From assembly GCA_030704615.1 (NCBI GenBank), contig CM060733.1:38936001-39000000 (forward strand): a stretch of DNA of 64,000 nt. Reading direction: 5' to 3'. The notes under the pieces were generated by a model that did not search any database, was not told the DNA's origin, and was given only the letters and a program-made list of their open reading frames with translations. Below, in pieces: positions 26,444 to 39,000 of the stretch. Source of the stretch: Takakia lepidozioides. Taxonomy: Eukaryota > Plantae > Bryophyta. The position numbers were made by a program, and so were the translations under genes. How positions within the stretch are numbered: position 1 is the stretch's first letter; each line of letters begins with the position of its first letter.

Positions 26444-27789
26444 GGGATTTGCTATTCCGTGAGTAGAACCCGTGAGCAGAAAATACTGTGAGCAGAATTC
26501 TACTCACATTCCTCGGAATTAGAATTTAGGGTTGGGCCTATTACCGCGGTGCGTCAACTCCTAGAAGCCCTATTGCCGCGAGGCTTAACCGTCGAAAATG
26601 TGAGCTTAGTATTCCTGGAGTGTGACTAAAGCTTGGCAATAAGATTGGTGAGTGGATGAATGATGGATGAATGTGATAGGATAAAAATCTGGATGAAAGT
26701 AGAGTGGTTGAGTGAGGAATCATTGCAATATAGTTGCTCTAGTTACATGTACCGTGAGGATCAGCGGCAAGATAGTTACATTAGAGAGTCTTACGTCGTA
26801 GTCCCCGGGTAAAGCGGGGATGCACTAAAGGGGGGAGATATACCGTAGTACCTAGGCAATTTCGACACAAATTTTAATATTTCAAAGGTTGTTGAAAATT
26901 TTGGAAGCTGATTTTGTGAAATTAAATAACTTTGTGAATGATAATAAAGCATCTTTTGGAATATTTCATATGTCAAAATGAAATTCTCAAAATAAAATAA
27001 ACATTCGACAGATGATTGTCGATCTTGCCAAGGTACTACGGTATATGCCCCCCTCCTTGGGTTCATGCAAGGGCTGCCAATTGAGGCAGATGCCATTGGG
27101 TTCAAATCCCACTCTTACAACTTGTAAATATGTTGCTGGTGCAGATAAAGTGTTGGGCTCTTTCTGATGACTCTCTATGTAGGTTTGTTTTGTTAGTTGT
27201 AAGGGATTTGTATAAATGCTACAGGTTTGAAGCTGGCTGAGCAGCCTTCAATCACCATTGATTCTGGAGTTGAGTCAGAGACAGACCAAGAAGAGGTGTG
27301 GGGCGCAATGATAGGACCCCTTCAAGTCATCCTTGCATTTTTGGGTGTTGCAACTCTTTGAATTTGCAATTTTACATGCCTCTGTTGTGGACCAGCCCCC
27401 CCCCCCCCCCCCCCCCCCCCAACTTTGACCAAGTGCCTAGGAGCCTACACTGCACTGTTTGACATATTAATGGGCTCAAAAGATGTGGATTCTCGTGAGC
27501 ATTCGGTTCTCAGAATCTCAGTCTATTCGACATTCATCCCGATACTAGAAAAAATGGAAAATTGCCAGGGAGTTGATTCTGCCCAAAAAAAAAAGAAAAA
27601 TAGAAAAAAATAGAAAAACAATTTCTCAACGGTGGCATTCGCGAGATCTTTCATAATTGGCCTAAGACTTTTCCAGCAGGGCTGCCAGGTAGTTGAAAAC
27701 CTAATGTCCGGTCAACTTTTACGATTTTTTTTAATTCATTTTTTCTAAAAGTTATGCCTGATTTTTCGTGCAGGGGTCCACTTTTTGAA

Positions 27790-28124
27790 CTAGGGTAGTG
27801 GATGTTTAAGGGATAATATGTAGAATGCAAGCCTCTCATTTGTCGTTAATAGGTTTATTTGTCCTCCAACTCGGTTGGGCGTTTCTGAAACTTTCAAGAC
27901 TTTGCTACCGTTTCCACATGGCAACGTGACCAACCGCTTGCGGCCATCTATGACTCCGTGCAGTTTGCTCAAAAACGTCATTCCCAAAATGAGGTCGACT
28001 TCGTCTATCTCGCAAATCGTGAGGTCTTCACGCCTTTCCCAGCTTCATATTTGGAGAGGGACGTTGAACGCCACTCTCGTCGCCATTTATGGCTCTCATT
28101 GGGCAGAGCACACTGCAATAGAGG
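27790..28124 (-). pseudogene. Retropepsin (gypsy protease) fragment
   Basis: …DEVDLILGMTFLSKLHGVIDGRKRLVTL matches the C-terminal D-x-ILG-x-x-FL motif of retroviral-type proteases. Confidence 0.6.
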
Positions 28125-28492
28125 TGTCGTGCGCATACATATCGCTACACAACTACATCGCTGTCCAAACCACACCACACATATATGCACAATAAAGTAG
28201 TCTGCCACAATGATAAGAAAACTCAAAACACACTGTTCACACAAAATATGAAATTCATCAACATCACTCTTTAATATAATAGTCGAGCCAGGGGCACCCC
28301 AAGCTATGGGGACTCCACCCCACAACAACCTATACCCCTACATAAGCACACTCAGATTCTAAAGCATAAAGGAGCTCGGTCGCGCAGGCTCAACTCGAGA
28401 GAGATGAGCTGCGCGACTGCCGCTCTTGCGAAGATAAGACGGACCAGGTGTCAAACTAAACTTGACACCTGATTTAACACTTGACCTAAATC
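28125..28492 (-). repeat. 3' terminus (A+B) of a further copy of the DNMT-gypsy family, cut by the assembly gap
   Basis: Reverse complement of ~3710-4088. B = 28125-28210; A = 28211 up to the gap. Confidence 0.9.
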
Positions 28493-28992
28493 NNNNNNNN
28501 NNNNNNNNNNNNNNNNNNNNNNNNNNNNNNNNNNNNNNNNNNNNNNNNNNNNNNNNNNNNNNNNNNNNNNNNNNNNNNNNNNNNNNNNNNNNNNNNNNNN
28601 NNNNNNNNNNNNNNNNNNNNNNNNNNNNNNNNNNNNNNNNNNNNNNNNNNNNNNNNNNNNNNNNNNNNNNNNNNNNNNNNNNNNNNNNNNNNNNNNNNNN
28701 NNNNNNNNNNNNNNNNNNNNNNNNNNNNNNNNNNNNNNNNNNNNNNNNNNNNNNNNNNNNNNNNNNNNNNNNNNNNNNNNNNNNNNNNNNNNNNNNNNNN
28801 NNNNNNNNNNNNNNNNNNNNNNNNNNNNNNNNNNNNNNNNNNNNNNNNNNNNNNNNNNNNNNNNNNNNNNNNNNNNNNNNNNNNNNNNNNNNNNNNNNNN
28901 NNNNNNNNNNNNNNNNNNNNNNNNNNNNNNNNNNNNNNNNNNNNNNNNNNNNNNNNNNNNNNNNNNNNNNNNNNNNNNNNNNNNNNNNNNNN
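28493..28992. other. Assembly gap (500 N)
   Basis: Run of N. Confidence 1.
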
Positions 28993-29790
28993 GCATTTCC
29001 GTTCTGGAATGTTGGTTGGTGCGACTCGGATGAAATACGGTGCCGCGGCATTTTTAGTTGCAAAAATGGTTCACGATTTTCAGTCAGAACGGAAATGCGT
29101 TGCCGCATTTCCGTTCTGGATAGTATGAATGTCTCAAGCGGGGTCGGCGGATTGCGCTTGTATGTGAAGCTGGTCGGAATCGCAACTCGGCTCCATGCAT
29201 CGATAAAAATGGAGAAATGCGGCGCCGCATTTCCGTTCTGGAATGTCGAAAAGTGCGACTTCGGACGGAAATGCGGTGCCGCATTTCTGTTCCCGTTGTT
29301 CATAATCTCAATCAGAACGGAAAATGCGGTACCGCATTTCCGTTCCACCTTCACCATACCGTGCTTGTTGAATGAAAATGCGGAATTCGTGTACGCATTC
29401 CGTTCTGGAGAGTACTGAATGTCTTTTAAGGACGGAAAATGTGCTGCAGCATTTCTATCCCTCAGCTCCATGCATCAGATACAAAATGGAAATGCGGCGC
29501 CGCTTTCCGTTCTGAAATGTCGGAAAAGTGCGACTGGACGGAAATGCGGTGCCGCATTTCTGTTCCCGTTGTTCATCAATTCTCAATCAGAACGGAAATG
29601 CGGTACCCGCCTTTCCGTTCCACCTCACATAACCAACCGTGCTGCTGGATGGATCGTTACCGCATTTTCGTTCTGGAGAGTATAAAGGTTTCCCCCGGAC
29701 GTAAACTCGGTGCCCGCATTTCCGTCGCTCTGGTGCATGACCCAGATGCAATACGGAAATGCGGCGCCGTATTTCCGTCCACCGGCAATC
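28993..29790. repeat. Array of imperfect palindromes (C)GGAAATGCGGCGCCGCATTTCC(G) upstream of the MULE-1 transposase
   Basis: About 12 variant copies at ~55-65-bp spacing (e.g. ~29214, 29266, 29538, 29755). Confidence 0.88.
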
Positions 29791-30034
29791 GAAAGAATCA
29801 ATCGGGACGGGAAATTTGGAACCTGAATGGGTTGCATTGTTCCGAAACAACACAATTGCGGCCAGTCTTGATGAGCACAACTGGTTGTCCTGACCGTTTT
29901 AACCAGCATTCCTGGCACTTGTCAGTGCGAACGTTCCTGTCTCACCGAGAATACTGCTGGATCCACCCTCAGGAGAAACTGTCAGGAGATGTTATTTCGT
30001 CGCCGAATCGGCCATCATTGTCATACTCACTGGC

Positions 30035-33000
30035 TATGGAATCAAACCTCCCACCTCATGCATGTAGCTTGAAAAACAATACTTTCCACTTCAATGTGCG
30101 ACTTCCAATCGTCGATGGACTCCGCATGGTGCCTGTGAGCCTTGGTCTGTCGCTATACTGAACCTCGCACTTGCCAACTCCGTGCGGTGTTCGATGGCTT
30201 CCGAATTCCTACGCTATAGTTTGCTGTCCTCCGCAACTGGGAGAGCCTGGATCCCAAACGAGGGAGGACTTTGCAGAGTGACTGAAACTTACCTTTGTTC
30301 CAAATTCAAGCTCAACCCGGCACAGTTTATTTGGAAGAAGAAAGGAAGGATGTTCCTGGACAGGTTGACGAGACCATTGTCGTGCTAGGTAACGACGGAG
30401 GTTGCGGAATCGAATGGCACGTTCCCCCGTCAGACACCATCCTGTACCGAGCTGTGGGAATGCCCATTCCCTTTCCGAATCAGTCGCTGCCCACACCTCC
30501 ACAAAGGAGTCGGAAACCGACAGGCGGCCACTGCCAACAGAGAGGTATGCAACGATAATCATTCCCCACCGACCTGGACCGTCAAGACCCTCCATAGCTT
30601 CTTGTGTGGACGTATTCGACATTTCCGACGAGGAAGATGATTGCATTGAGGTACCCATGTCCTCCACACGGTCGTTCAAAATCCGGCATTACGTCTCTGT
30701 AGGTGCTACGCATGTGCCCTCGAGCAAAACTCCAACCCGGTCCATTGTGCAGCTCCTACGACAACATCACCTCGATGGTTCTCGCTCCGAGCTGGCTGCT
30801 CTCGACTATGCCAAATTCCCAGTCAGAAAGGTAACGTTTCTGCCTCCCGAAGTCGATGGCAATGTCATCTTCGAGTTTCCACCTGTTTCTTCTTTGTCAA
30901 AGAAATCCTCCGGGATGTTAACAGACATGGATCGAAAGCATGACGGACACCCCTGGTGTGTGACGAAGACCAGTAGCACGAAAATTGCTGATGGTGTTCG
31001 TGTACGATATGTCCTCTGTGCGGGGAAGCTGAGGTGCCTCAATCCCACCTGCTTCCACTTTCTCTCCAAAGGAGGGCGGAGAAACGAGACGGATTGGACT
31101 GGCACAACGCATCATCCATTCATTGTCTCCAGCCAAGCTCTTGCGGGTTCTTTCAAGTGTGCACATTGCAAAGAACCACCGACGTGCATGTCCATGTGCA
31201 GAGCCAAGCAATACTACGTTATCCATTTGCTCCCGGACTTGACTAGAGCTTGCATACACGTTGGGGTCCACTGCCACCCCCTTGGCGAGAGGCAACATGC
31301 GTGAGGCTGTGCAGGAAGCACACGACATCATAAAAGAGGAGGTCAAATTGAGCCCCGGAGCCAGACCAAAGCAGATTCAGCTGAAGGCAGCCCACAAGAT
31401 TGCTCTTGGCAAAATCATGTCTGAAGATGGTTCCGACCGAGAGCCCTTGACCGAAGACGAGATGCGTGACCTCTTGGAGTCCGTCTCGCACGTTTGTAGT
31501 CCGAATGTGCGGAATCACATCGTATCTTGCAAGCAGGAGTTCGGCAGGGGGTCGGACATGTACTCAATCCTGGAGGTGAAACGAATGACTGGATATGACT
31601 ACATCCAAGGTAGCAGGTTTCCAGGGCAAGGCAGCGAATCCGATCGTTGTTACATTTTCAAAATGTCGACGTGTGGGCCTGGGAGTGGAGTCGACTTGGT
31701 CACTCGCATGACAACTGGAAACTTGTCGAATGCTTGGGTGATGTTTGATCACATCAAGCGAATTACAAACCATCAGTGTTGACTATGGGTGGCGCATGTT
31801 TTATGACTATCACTCCAAGAGGCTCATGACGATTGCAATCTGCGAGATGAAAGGGGAGGACACACAGTCCGAGATGCATCTGTGGGAGGGCATAAACCAG
31901 CAGATGGCAAGGGCGGGATTGCCAGAGCCCAATTTCAGGGGATTCATGGCAGACAACGCTCAGGCCAACTGGGCAGCGGTGCGGCGTGTGTACGGTGAGG
32001 ACCCTATGTTCCAATGGAGGGGAAAGAGAGATCCTGTGGATTCCATTGGATGCAGAGTCTATCCACTACACTACCAAGTTTGTTGCTAGCTCATTCCATC
32101 CAGCTGAACACCGTGTCCTTTGTACGGCGTGGAAGGATGCACCCACATTTGATGACGCGGAGGTTAAGTTTGCTATCATCGAGGCTTGGTGGAACACGTC
32201 AGGTGCAGTGGAGACAACCAATCTGGGAGCATTGCACAGCTGGTTGGGGTGGTGGCATTTTCGGTATCGACAGTTCGGACAGTACATGCGGGAGGTAGGC
32301 TGCTGTCAATTTCGTTCATTTGTCTTTCTGTTACGGACATTTCGATTGGTCCCTCACCATTGTTTGTGTCCTTCTAGGAGCGGTGCTTGGATTCCGACAC
32401 GGACATGCCGAACACGAATATGGCAGAATCGGTCCACTCCTCCTGGCGAGCGTCTTCTGCCGCACATCTGGTGGACGTAGTGACGGCCACAACGGAGGAC
32501 ATCGACAGAGCAATCATGCAGCAAGCCACGTACTACAAGTTCTTGAGCGGCAAACAATGGGGCTTTGGGCCGGACAGGGAGGAATTGTTGGTACGAACAG
32601 CTTCGAGGTCCAAGAATCCAGTGAAATGGGCGACAGCATTGCGAGAGAAGATCAAAGGGACGCCTCTGCACCGCAGAGGTGAACACCTAGAGGGGACGTC
32701 CGAACTCGCCCTGTCATGCGGAGGATTGAAGAGGACCCGGGTGCGAAGAGGATTCCTGGAGATCCGACAGGAACATTCGGACAGCACCTCGAGGTCCCGT
32801 CATGTTGCCGCACAATGTGTCCTTCCAGCAGTGGAAGCCCAAGAAATTCCAGATCGCCGTCGCCTCAACCGGGGATTTCATGCCACAAATTCCCACAGCT
32901 CCTTGCCCCACATTCCGCCCGTTGTTATGCAGTATGGCCAAGCCATTGTGGAGACGACTGTGTCTGCATCACAGTGGAGAATTGCTCGCACAAACCGTCG

Positions 33001-33798
33001 TTTCGAGGAAGGTGTTCCGCAATTCGTGTGGATACACGGCAACGTTGTTTAGAGATGATAAGGAGGAATCCAGATGGGGCTGTCCCTACTCCTCTTTTAC
33101 AGGAAGATTTGTCCATGCAAAGTTTGCGGAGGCGACAACCACCCAGTTCTGGTTCTGCAGGCACGACATTATGACTTGCGTGTATGGAAAGCCCAAGTAC
33201 GGCATACAACACTGCCAGAGGCTCCCCCGGTGTGGCCGGTGGAACCAGGCTGCGATCTGAGTCAGGTTGAGGCCGACGCCCTTACCGCCGCAGGATTTCG
33301 GATGGTGCAGCGCACTGACGTCCCCAGACAACCATTTTCCGCTTCCACAGCCTCCACCACCGACCCCTGTGAGAGCAAGAACATGGGACACGACAGCTCT
33401 AAGCATCCTACACACCGTTGGGGGAAACCGAAGAGGCGCGACCTCCCTCAAAAGTGAACGAGACGGATGGGGAATGCACTTCGGATGAACTGTACAATCC
33501 AGAGCTCGACAGAAGTGCCCCCACCAGGATCCGGGCGTGTGTATCAGATGGCCACGGCGGGCTCAGCTGTTCGCAATGAGGTGTACACCATCACCATTCA
33601 GAATTACCCACCTGCAATTGCAACCGACTTCCAGATCATGGCGAACAAGGGGCATCATACTGCCCTTGCAAGCATTTGTACTACGTGTACCTAAAGAGAC
33701 TCCGTTGTAATTCCACAACTCATCACTTCATACATGCACCAGGGTTGAGCCCCCAGGAGGTTCACACTCTTCTGAATATGGATCCAGGGGACCAGTGA
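30035..33798 (+). pseudogene. MULE transposase: GCM-like N-terminal Zn domain, DDE core, SWIM; frameshifted; one intron ~32296-32377
   Basis: WVMFD (D1), GFMADNAQAN (D2), CGFHW (MuDR CxxH), NMAESVH (E), and SWIM C-x-C-x-DF…CKHLY ~33610-33690. Confidence 0.88.
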
Positions 33799-35139
33799 GC
33801 TTGGCTTGCGGTCCACATACAATGGTACGCCCATCCTTTTCGGATAGTAAGAACTGTACTGCTGCCCAGTACCTCAGACTCTGGCCACACAAAGGTCCGA
33901 CATATGTCTTGCTACCAGTAACCTGTTTTTGATCGAACTAAGATATTACTATATCGTTCACGTTGTTTCCACGTGCATGTATTTTTTGTATGTTGGAGGG
34001 TTCATGTTTTTCTGCTTTCCGAAAACTTGCTCTCCTCATTCGACCTCCGACAAGGAAATGCGGCGCGAATCTCCAAGTATCGTCGTAGGTACCCCCAGAG
34101 GCGGCCTTCGCCAACACCAAACCGCTCCGAAATTTCGCACGTGCGAACCCTAAATGCGGCACCCTATTTCCCAGTTCAGTTGCAAACATTTCCCGCCGAA
34201 TACCCGAAGAAGACATAATTGTGAAGTACTGCAGACTGTATTGGTGCAGCAGACTCCATTGGTTCAATCGCGGCAAAAGGGTCAGCTTCATTCCAATGTT
34301 AAGGCATGTAAAACCGCGGAATACTCTATACAGGCCAGTATGCGACGTCCTTTTGCAGTGGTATACTGGATTTTCCCGTTGCACGGTCACTTATTTCCAT
34401 GAGCGGATCTATAAAACCATGAGCGGACTTATTACTGACGACATATCTTCGCCGCATTACATGATCTGGAACGTCCAAAAACGGCAAGGTCAAATAAAAA
34501 ACTATTATTTTAATACTTGTTTAATCTGCCGCATTTCCAAATTTGGAGGAGTCCGCTCATGAAATCCGCGTATCTTAGACTTTGGCTCACCGCTCATGCG
34601 GCTCATGGCTCATGGCTCATGGTTTCTGCTCATGAAATAGTAAACCTCCTCCCAAGTCCTTCAAACTGAAGGCAAAGCAATTCCTGTAAGCCCTCAGGAA
34701 CCGCCGTATACGTCGTCTCTCTCCTCCGTGACAATGGGTCCAATGTCAGGCTCCCAATTGTCCTCCGTAACTGCAACCTTAAGTCCAGTGGGCTTAGAGG
34801 TAGAGGACGTGTCCCGTGGTTGCTATGCTGCAACCTCTTGAGCAGTACTCCCTTCCTGCTCAGTCAATGACAAGGCCTCATCCTGCCCCATCATCTCATC
34901 ATTGAGAACCTCCTCAACCCGAGAAGAATCCCCAACCTCATCCATCACAACTGTCTTGGCTGCCAACTCTCTCTGGACCTCGAGCACCTCCCACGTGTGC
35001 CATGGATGTCTACACCCCGTGGTCCTCACCGGCTCGCCCCCACTCGCTGCCTGTACCGTCTCGGTAGGCAGAGAGACCATGAAGGGGAGTGCACTCCACA
35101 CTCTACGTTGCTCAGCCATAGCCAAGCTGATAATCCAGG

Positions 35140-36080
35140 TCAAGCAATTGAGATCCATTGCTTGCCCCAACACTTGACGCCGTGATGCCTCAGAAAGAGA
35201 AGGCACCGCCGTGGTCCCAGTGGAAAACCCCATAGCCCGCTCTCGCTCGTCGGCATTAGGCTCCACTAACTGCTGCAACTGAGCATCCCACAGGAGGCCA
35301 GGTCCACCATCCCGAAAAGCATGGGATCCTGGGAAGCTGAGCAGTGTAGGTAATGCTGCTCGTGGTTGACCCACCCTGTTGACCACTGCCAAAGGCGAAC
35401 GGTCATTGTGTCTCACACGTTGAGACTACCTCCCTGTGTCCAAAATGCCATCCACGGTGAGGTGTGCTGGCCGCTGCACCCCATCAAATGCACGCTTGAG
35501 TAGTGCGGGTGGCATCAAGTTAGTCCACCAAAGCCGTGGACGATGAGCCCGTGACCCCACTGCGGCTGCATCCAGCAACACTGCTGACCCAAGCCACGAC
35601 CGGACTTGATGTACACTGGCCATCACCCTGGCCCGAGAATCACCCATCAGTGGCACATTCTCCAAGATGTATGCTGGAGATACAGCTTGATGAAGTTGCA
35701 AGTAGCCCAAAATCCGCACCATCTCCCAAAACAGACCCGTCCTCGAGTCTCGCAATCCATTGCCATGCCCGGCTGATGAATGCCCTTGGCAGGGCCAACC
35801 TGCCACTACCAGATCAATGGAGCCAACCTGCTCCAAATCCTACGCCCCCAGCAAGGAAATGTTTGCTGGCAAGGCTTGTTGGTATCCACGAACTGCAGAC
35901 ACTGGCAACAAGTCAAGGTATTGTTGTACCAACTAAGCAATATGGCGCAATGAGACGCGTCGTGCAGTCTCATCCCTCTCCACATACAGGTAACGTCGAA
36001 CTCGTACACCTGCCTGCAGCACTGCAGCCAATCCAGTGCTGATCCCGCCAAACAAGTCCTGAAGGCATATGCCTTCATCC
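35140..36080 (-). pseudogene. C5-cytosine DNA methyltransferase domain (DNMT3-like motif spacing) within pol; in-frame stops
   Basis: Motif I DLFGGISTG, II LYVE, IV IDLVVAGWPCQG, VI YILENV, VIII HRPRLWWTN, IX ERERAMGF and X LGQAMD, all in one reading frame. Confidence 0.93.
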
Positions 36081-39000
36081 GGGCACTGCCACACAAGAGG
36101 TGTGGTGTCCAATGGCGACAACTGGGGTGGTTCTGGTGCAATCACCGCACTCTCCTCCTCTCCTGACGGTACGAAAGCTTCTACCCAAGCTTGTTGCCCC
36201 CGTCCATCAGCAGCCTGCTGCAAATCCTTGCTCGTACCCCACAATGGAGTGTGAGTAACCATGGCAGGCAACTCCGCCATACCATGCATGTCATCCTGCT
36301 CTGCTAGAGGTGGCACATCCTTTACGTGGGCATTGCCCTCCAGCAACTCTCCAGGCCAACTAACTGCAGCTGTAAAGGCGGCTAGTGTTGGCATCTTGCC
36401 CGCTGGGCAGCCGCTATACCCCCAATGAATGTCACAGGGAGCTGTGCACGGCGACCATCGCCTGACTGCCATCCAGGCCTATAGGATGCTGACTCCTCCC
36501 AAAAGTCCAGGGTGAAGCCCATAGGATATAACACTGCCCCACCAACGAGGACATCGTAAGAGATTGCGTCTGTCACAATGGCCTTGGCTTGCATCACTGA
36601 GCCATCTCTAGGATGATCCGGCTGTAGTCTAATGGCCAACTGATGCCGTGTCATGCCCCGAGCCTGCTCTGATCCTCCCAGAGATGTCTGTATCTGGAAA
36701 GGACAAGACTCCATATCCGCCTCCATAAGGCCCAAACCTGCAATAGCAGCTCTGCCCAACATCAGTGGCTGAGCTCCCGAGTCCAACAAGACCCGAAGTG
36801 GCCGGTACTTCTTGCCTGCCGGTCCACTCAAAGTGAAAATGCCTCCCTGGTTGTCTAACAAGACAACTCAAGGTGTCACCGTGGCGCGCTCAAAGGCTGG
36901 CCTAGCTGGCAGCTCTGTCAACCTGGCAGCTACAGCTTGCCATGGCGCAGCCGTGGCAGTCTTGACCCTCAAATCCGAGGATCCCTCTGCCACTACACCT
37001 TCCACTAACTCCGTAGAAGATGAAGTGACCTCCCCACTCTCACAGAGTGTTGCTGCTAGTCTGAACACTGCAGCTGGTCTCACCCCCGGCGTCGCAATCA
37101 TTGTTGCCGAGAACAGTGAGGCCTGACACACAGAGGTGGCTGCCCCCAATAACACACCGGATGCACTAGCCTTGGCAGCAGGAGTCAATGCTGCACGTGT
37201 AGCTCTCCCCAATGGCATAGTAACCTCCGCCTCGGTAACAGTCGGGCGAGAACTAGGTGCCATGGATGGCGTCGACACAGTCTCCGCCAATGTGAATGAC
37301 TGAGGAAGCCTCGCCTGACGGCTTGCCTCCCCACGCTGTGGATCCAATTCCACCTCTGCACCTCGTGGCTCAGGAACTCGTGATGCTCCTCGAGTCACGG
37401 CTGTAGCAGACTTCACCTGCTCTAGTTGTAGCGCTGCTCCGCACATGAATCCCATGCCTCCCATATCTCCTCTCTCAGGAGCAGGAGGTGGACCATCCCG
37501 CCTGGGAGCCGGTACCGCCTGAGCTATAGCCATGGCAGTGAGCCTCTGCTCTAGCTGCTGAAGCCGATTGGCCATGCCTTGGTCAACACCCTGACCTCCG
37601 TGTCCTTGGCCATGTGGAGCTTGCCCTTGGCCTGCACCTCGTGCCCGACCACCTCGTCCTCTTTGGGCTGGTCCACCTCGCCCCCGGCCACCATTGTTCC
37701 CTTGGAACTGGCCTGGGCGCAACTCAGGATGCAAGTCATAACACTGGGCATCTCCATGCCCATACTTGCCACAATGCCCACACTGCAACTGTGCAGGTTG
37801 TGCTTGTGCCGGCCTTTTGCCACTCTCTGGGCAATCTCTCTTGACATGGGGTCCTCCACATGTCCAACATATCACCCCTGGTTGCTGTTGGCCTGCAAAA
37901 GATGCCACGGGCCTCTGTACCTGAGGTCCCTTGTAAGCTCCATGGAACTTGGGCTGGGCAACCTTGCCCCCCTGACCACGCTGTTGGGCAGTCCCTTGTG
38001 CCTGTGGGCTGACAACTGTGCCCCGTGCAGGCATGTCCTTGCCAAATCCAATTGTAATAACTCGCTCCTCCACCATGTTGAGCTCAATCCGCTCAGCCAG
38101 CAGAAACACATCTGCTAATGTGGGTTGGGCTGCTTGTAACAGGGTTGCATCTCGCACCCTTCTCTTGAGCTCCTTGTCCAGAATTCCATACCAAAACTAG
38201 ATTGCCTGAGCTTCAGTAACCCCTTGGGTCACACTTATCAAGCGCCTCATACGAGTGTACGCCTCTCGCAGGCTCTCACTGGGTTTGCGCTGGAAGTCTT
38301 GCAAACTTCGCAGCTTCTCTGTCCGTATACCTTGGTAGTTCCTCCGCAACTCCTGGAAGAACTCCACCACCGGGTTGAATCTAGGCACATGTGTTGTAGT
38401 CGTGGCAGGAGGAGTAGTAGCACCTTTTGAACTGGTACCACCTGCAGAAGTACCAGCACTACTTGCTCCACTACTAGTGCTGACAGTGGGAGCTATTGGT
38501 ACTGATGCAGCTACTGGTCGCGTCGTGCCTCGAGTAATGGAGACGTAGTCAGGTGACCAATACATCCTCCACTCCTCAATCTCTGCTTCATGTCCTCGCA
38601 TGAACTCGTGGTAGTCGTCCATAGGCGGGCCTTCCAAATGCTGGAACAGTCCCTTCCACGCCATGAATGGGGTGAATAGCTGTGGATTGCGCATCTGCTG
38701 CAAATCACACCAGCTGTCAAACTCTTGGATAAAGTCATCCAACTCGATTGTGCCCACAGCTCTAGAGTACCTACGAGGCCCCTTGGTAGCTCCATACATC
38801 TCCTCCATGTCGTCCCACAACAATGGCGAATGAAAGTGCACACCTGTTGATGAAGCCTCCAAGTCTGTGTCTGACTCTACAGTAATTGAGGGTGGCGGTG
38901 AAGGTGGACTGAACCGAATACCTCGTCTTGTGAACCCACTCTCACTGTTACTGCCTGTAGCCGTACTCCCCTCAAAACCCTTGGGTAACTCCGTAATGAC

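Larger units (their letters stand above)
28993..34648 (+). mobile_element. Mutator-like DNA transposon MULE-1 (left part lost in the gap), inserted into the DNMT-gypsy pol
   Basis: Transposase ~30035-33798. Right end carries gctcatg subterminal repeats and …GCTCATGAAATAGTAAACCTC (34648), matching the MULE-2 end at 53985. Gypsy pol sequence resumes exactly at 34649. Confidence 0.88.

Noticed and set aside
27070-27120. tRNA gene (GGTTCAAATCCC B-box)
   Set aside because: No convincing cloverleaf or A-box; at most a decayed SINE head.
28359-29471. ORFs spanning the N run
   Set aside because: Created by the assembly gap.
26444-34648. 26444 TIR as the left end of MULE-1
   Set aside because: TIRs differ at about a quarter of positions and the flanks show no TSD.
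35140-36080. Host DNMT3/DRM gene or bacterial contamination
   Set aside because: Intronless, embedded between protease and pre-RT sequence, and the window also contains spliced plant genes.
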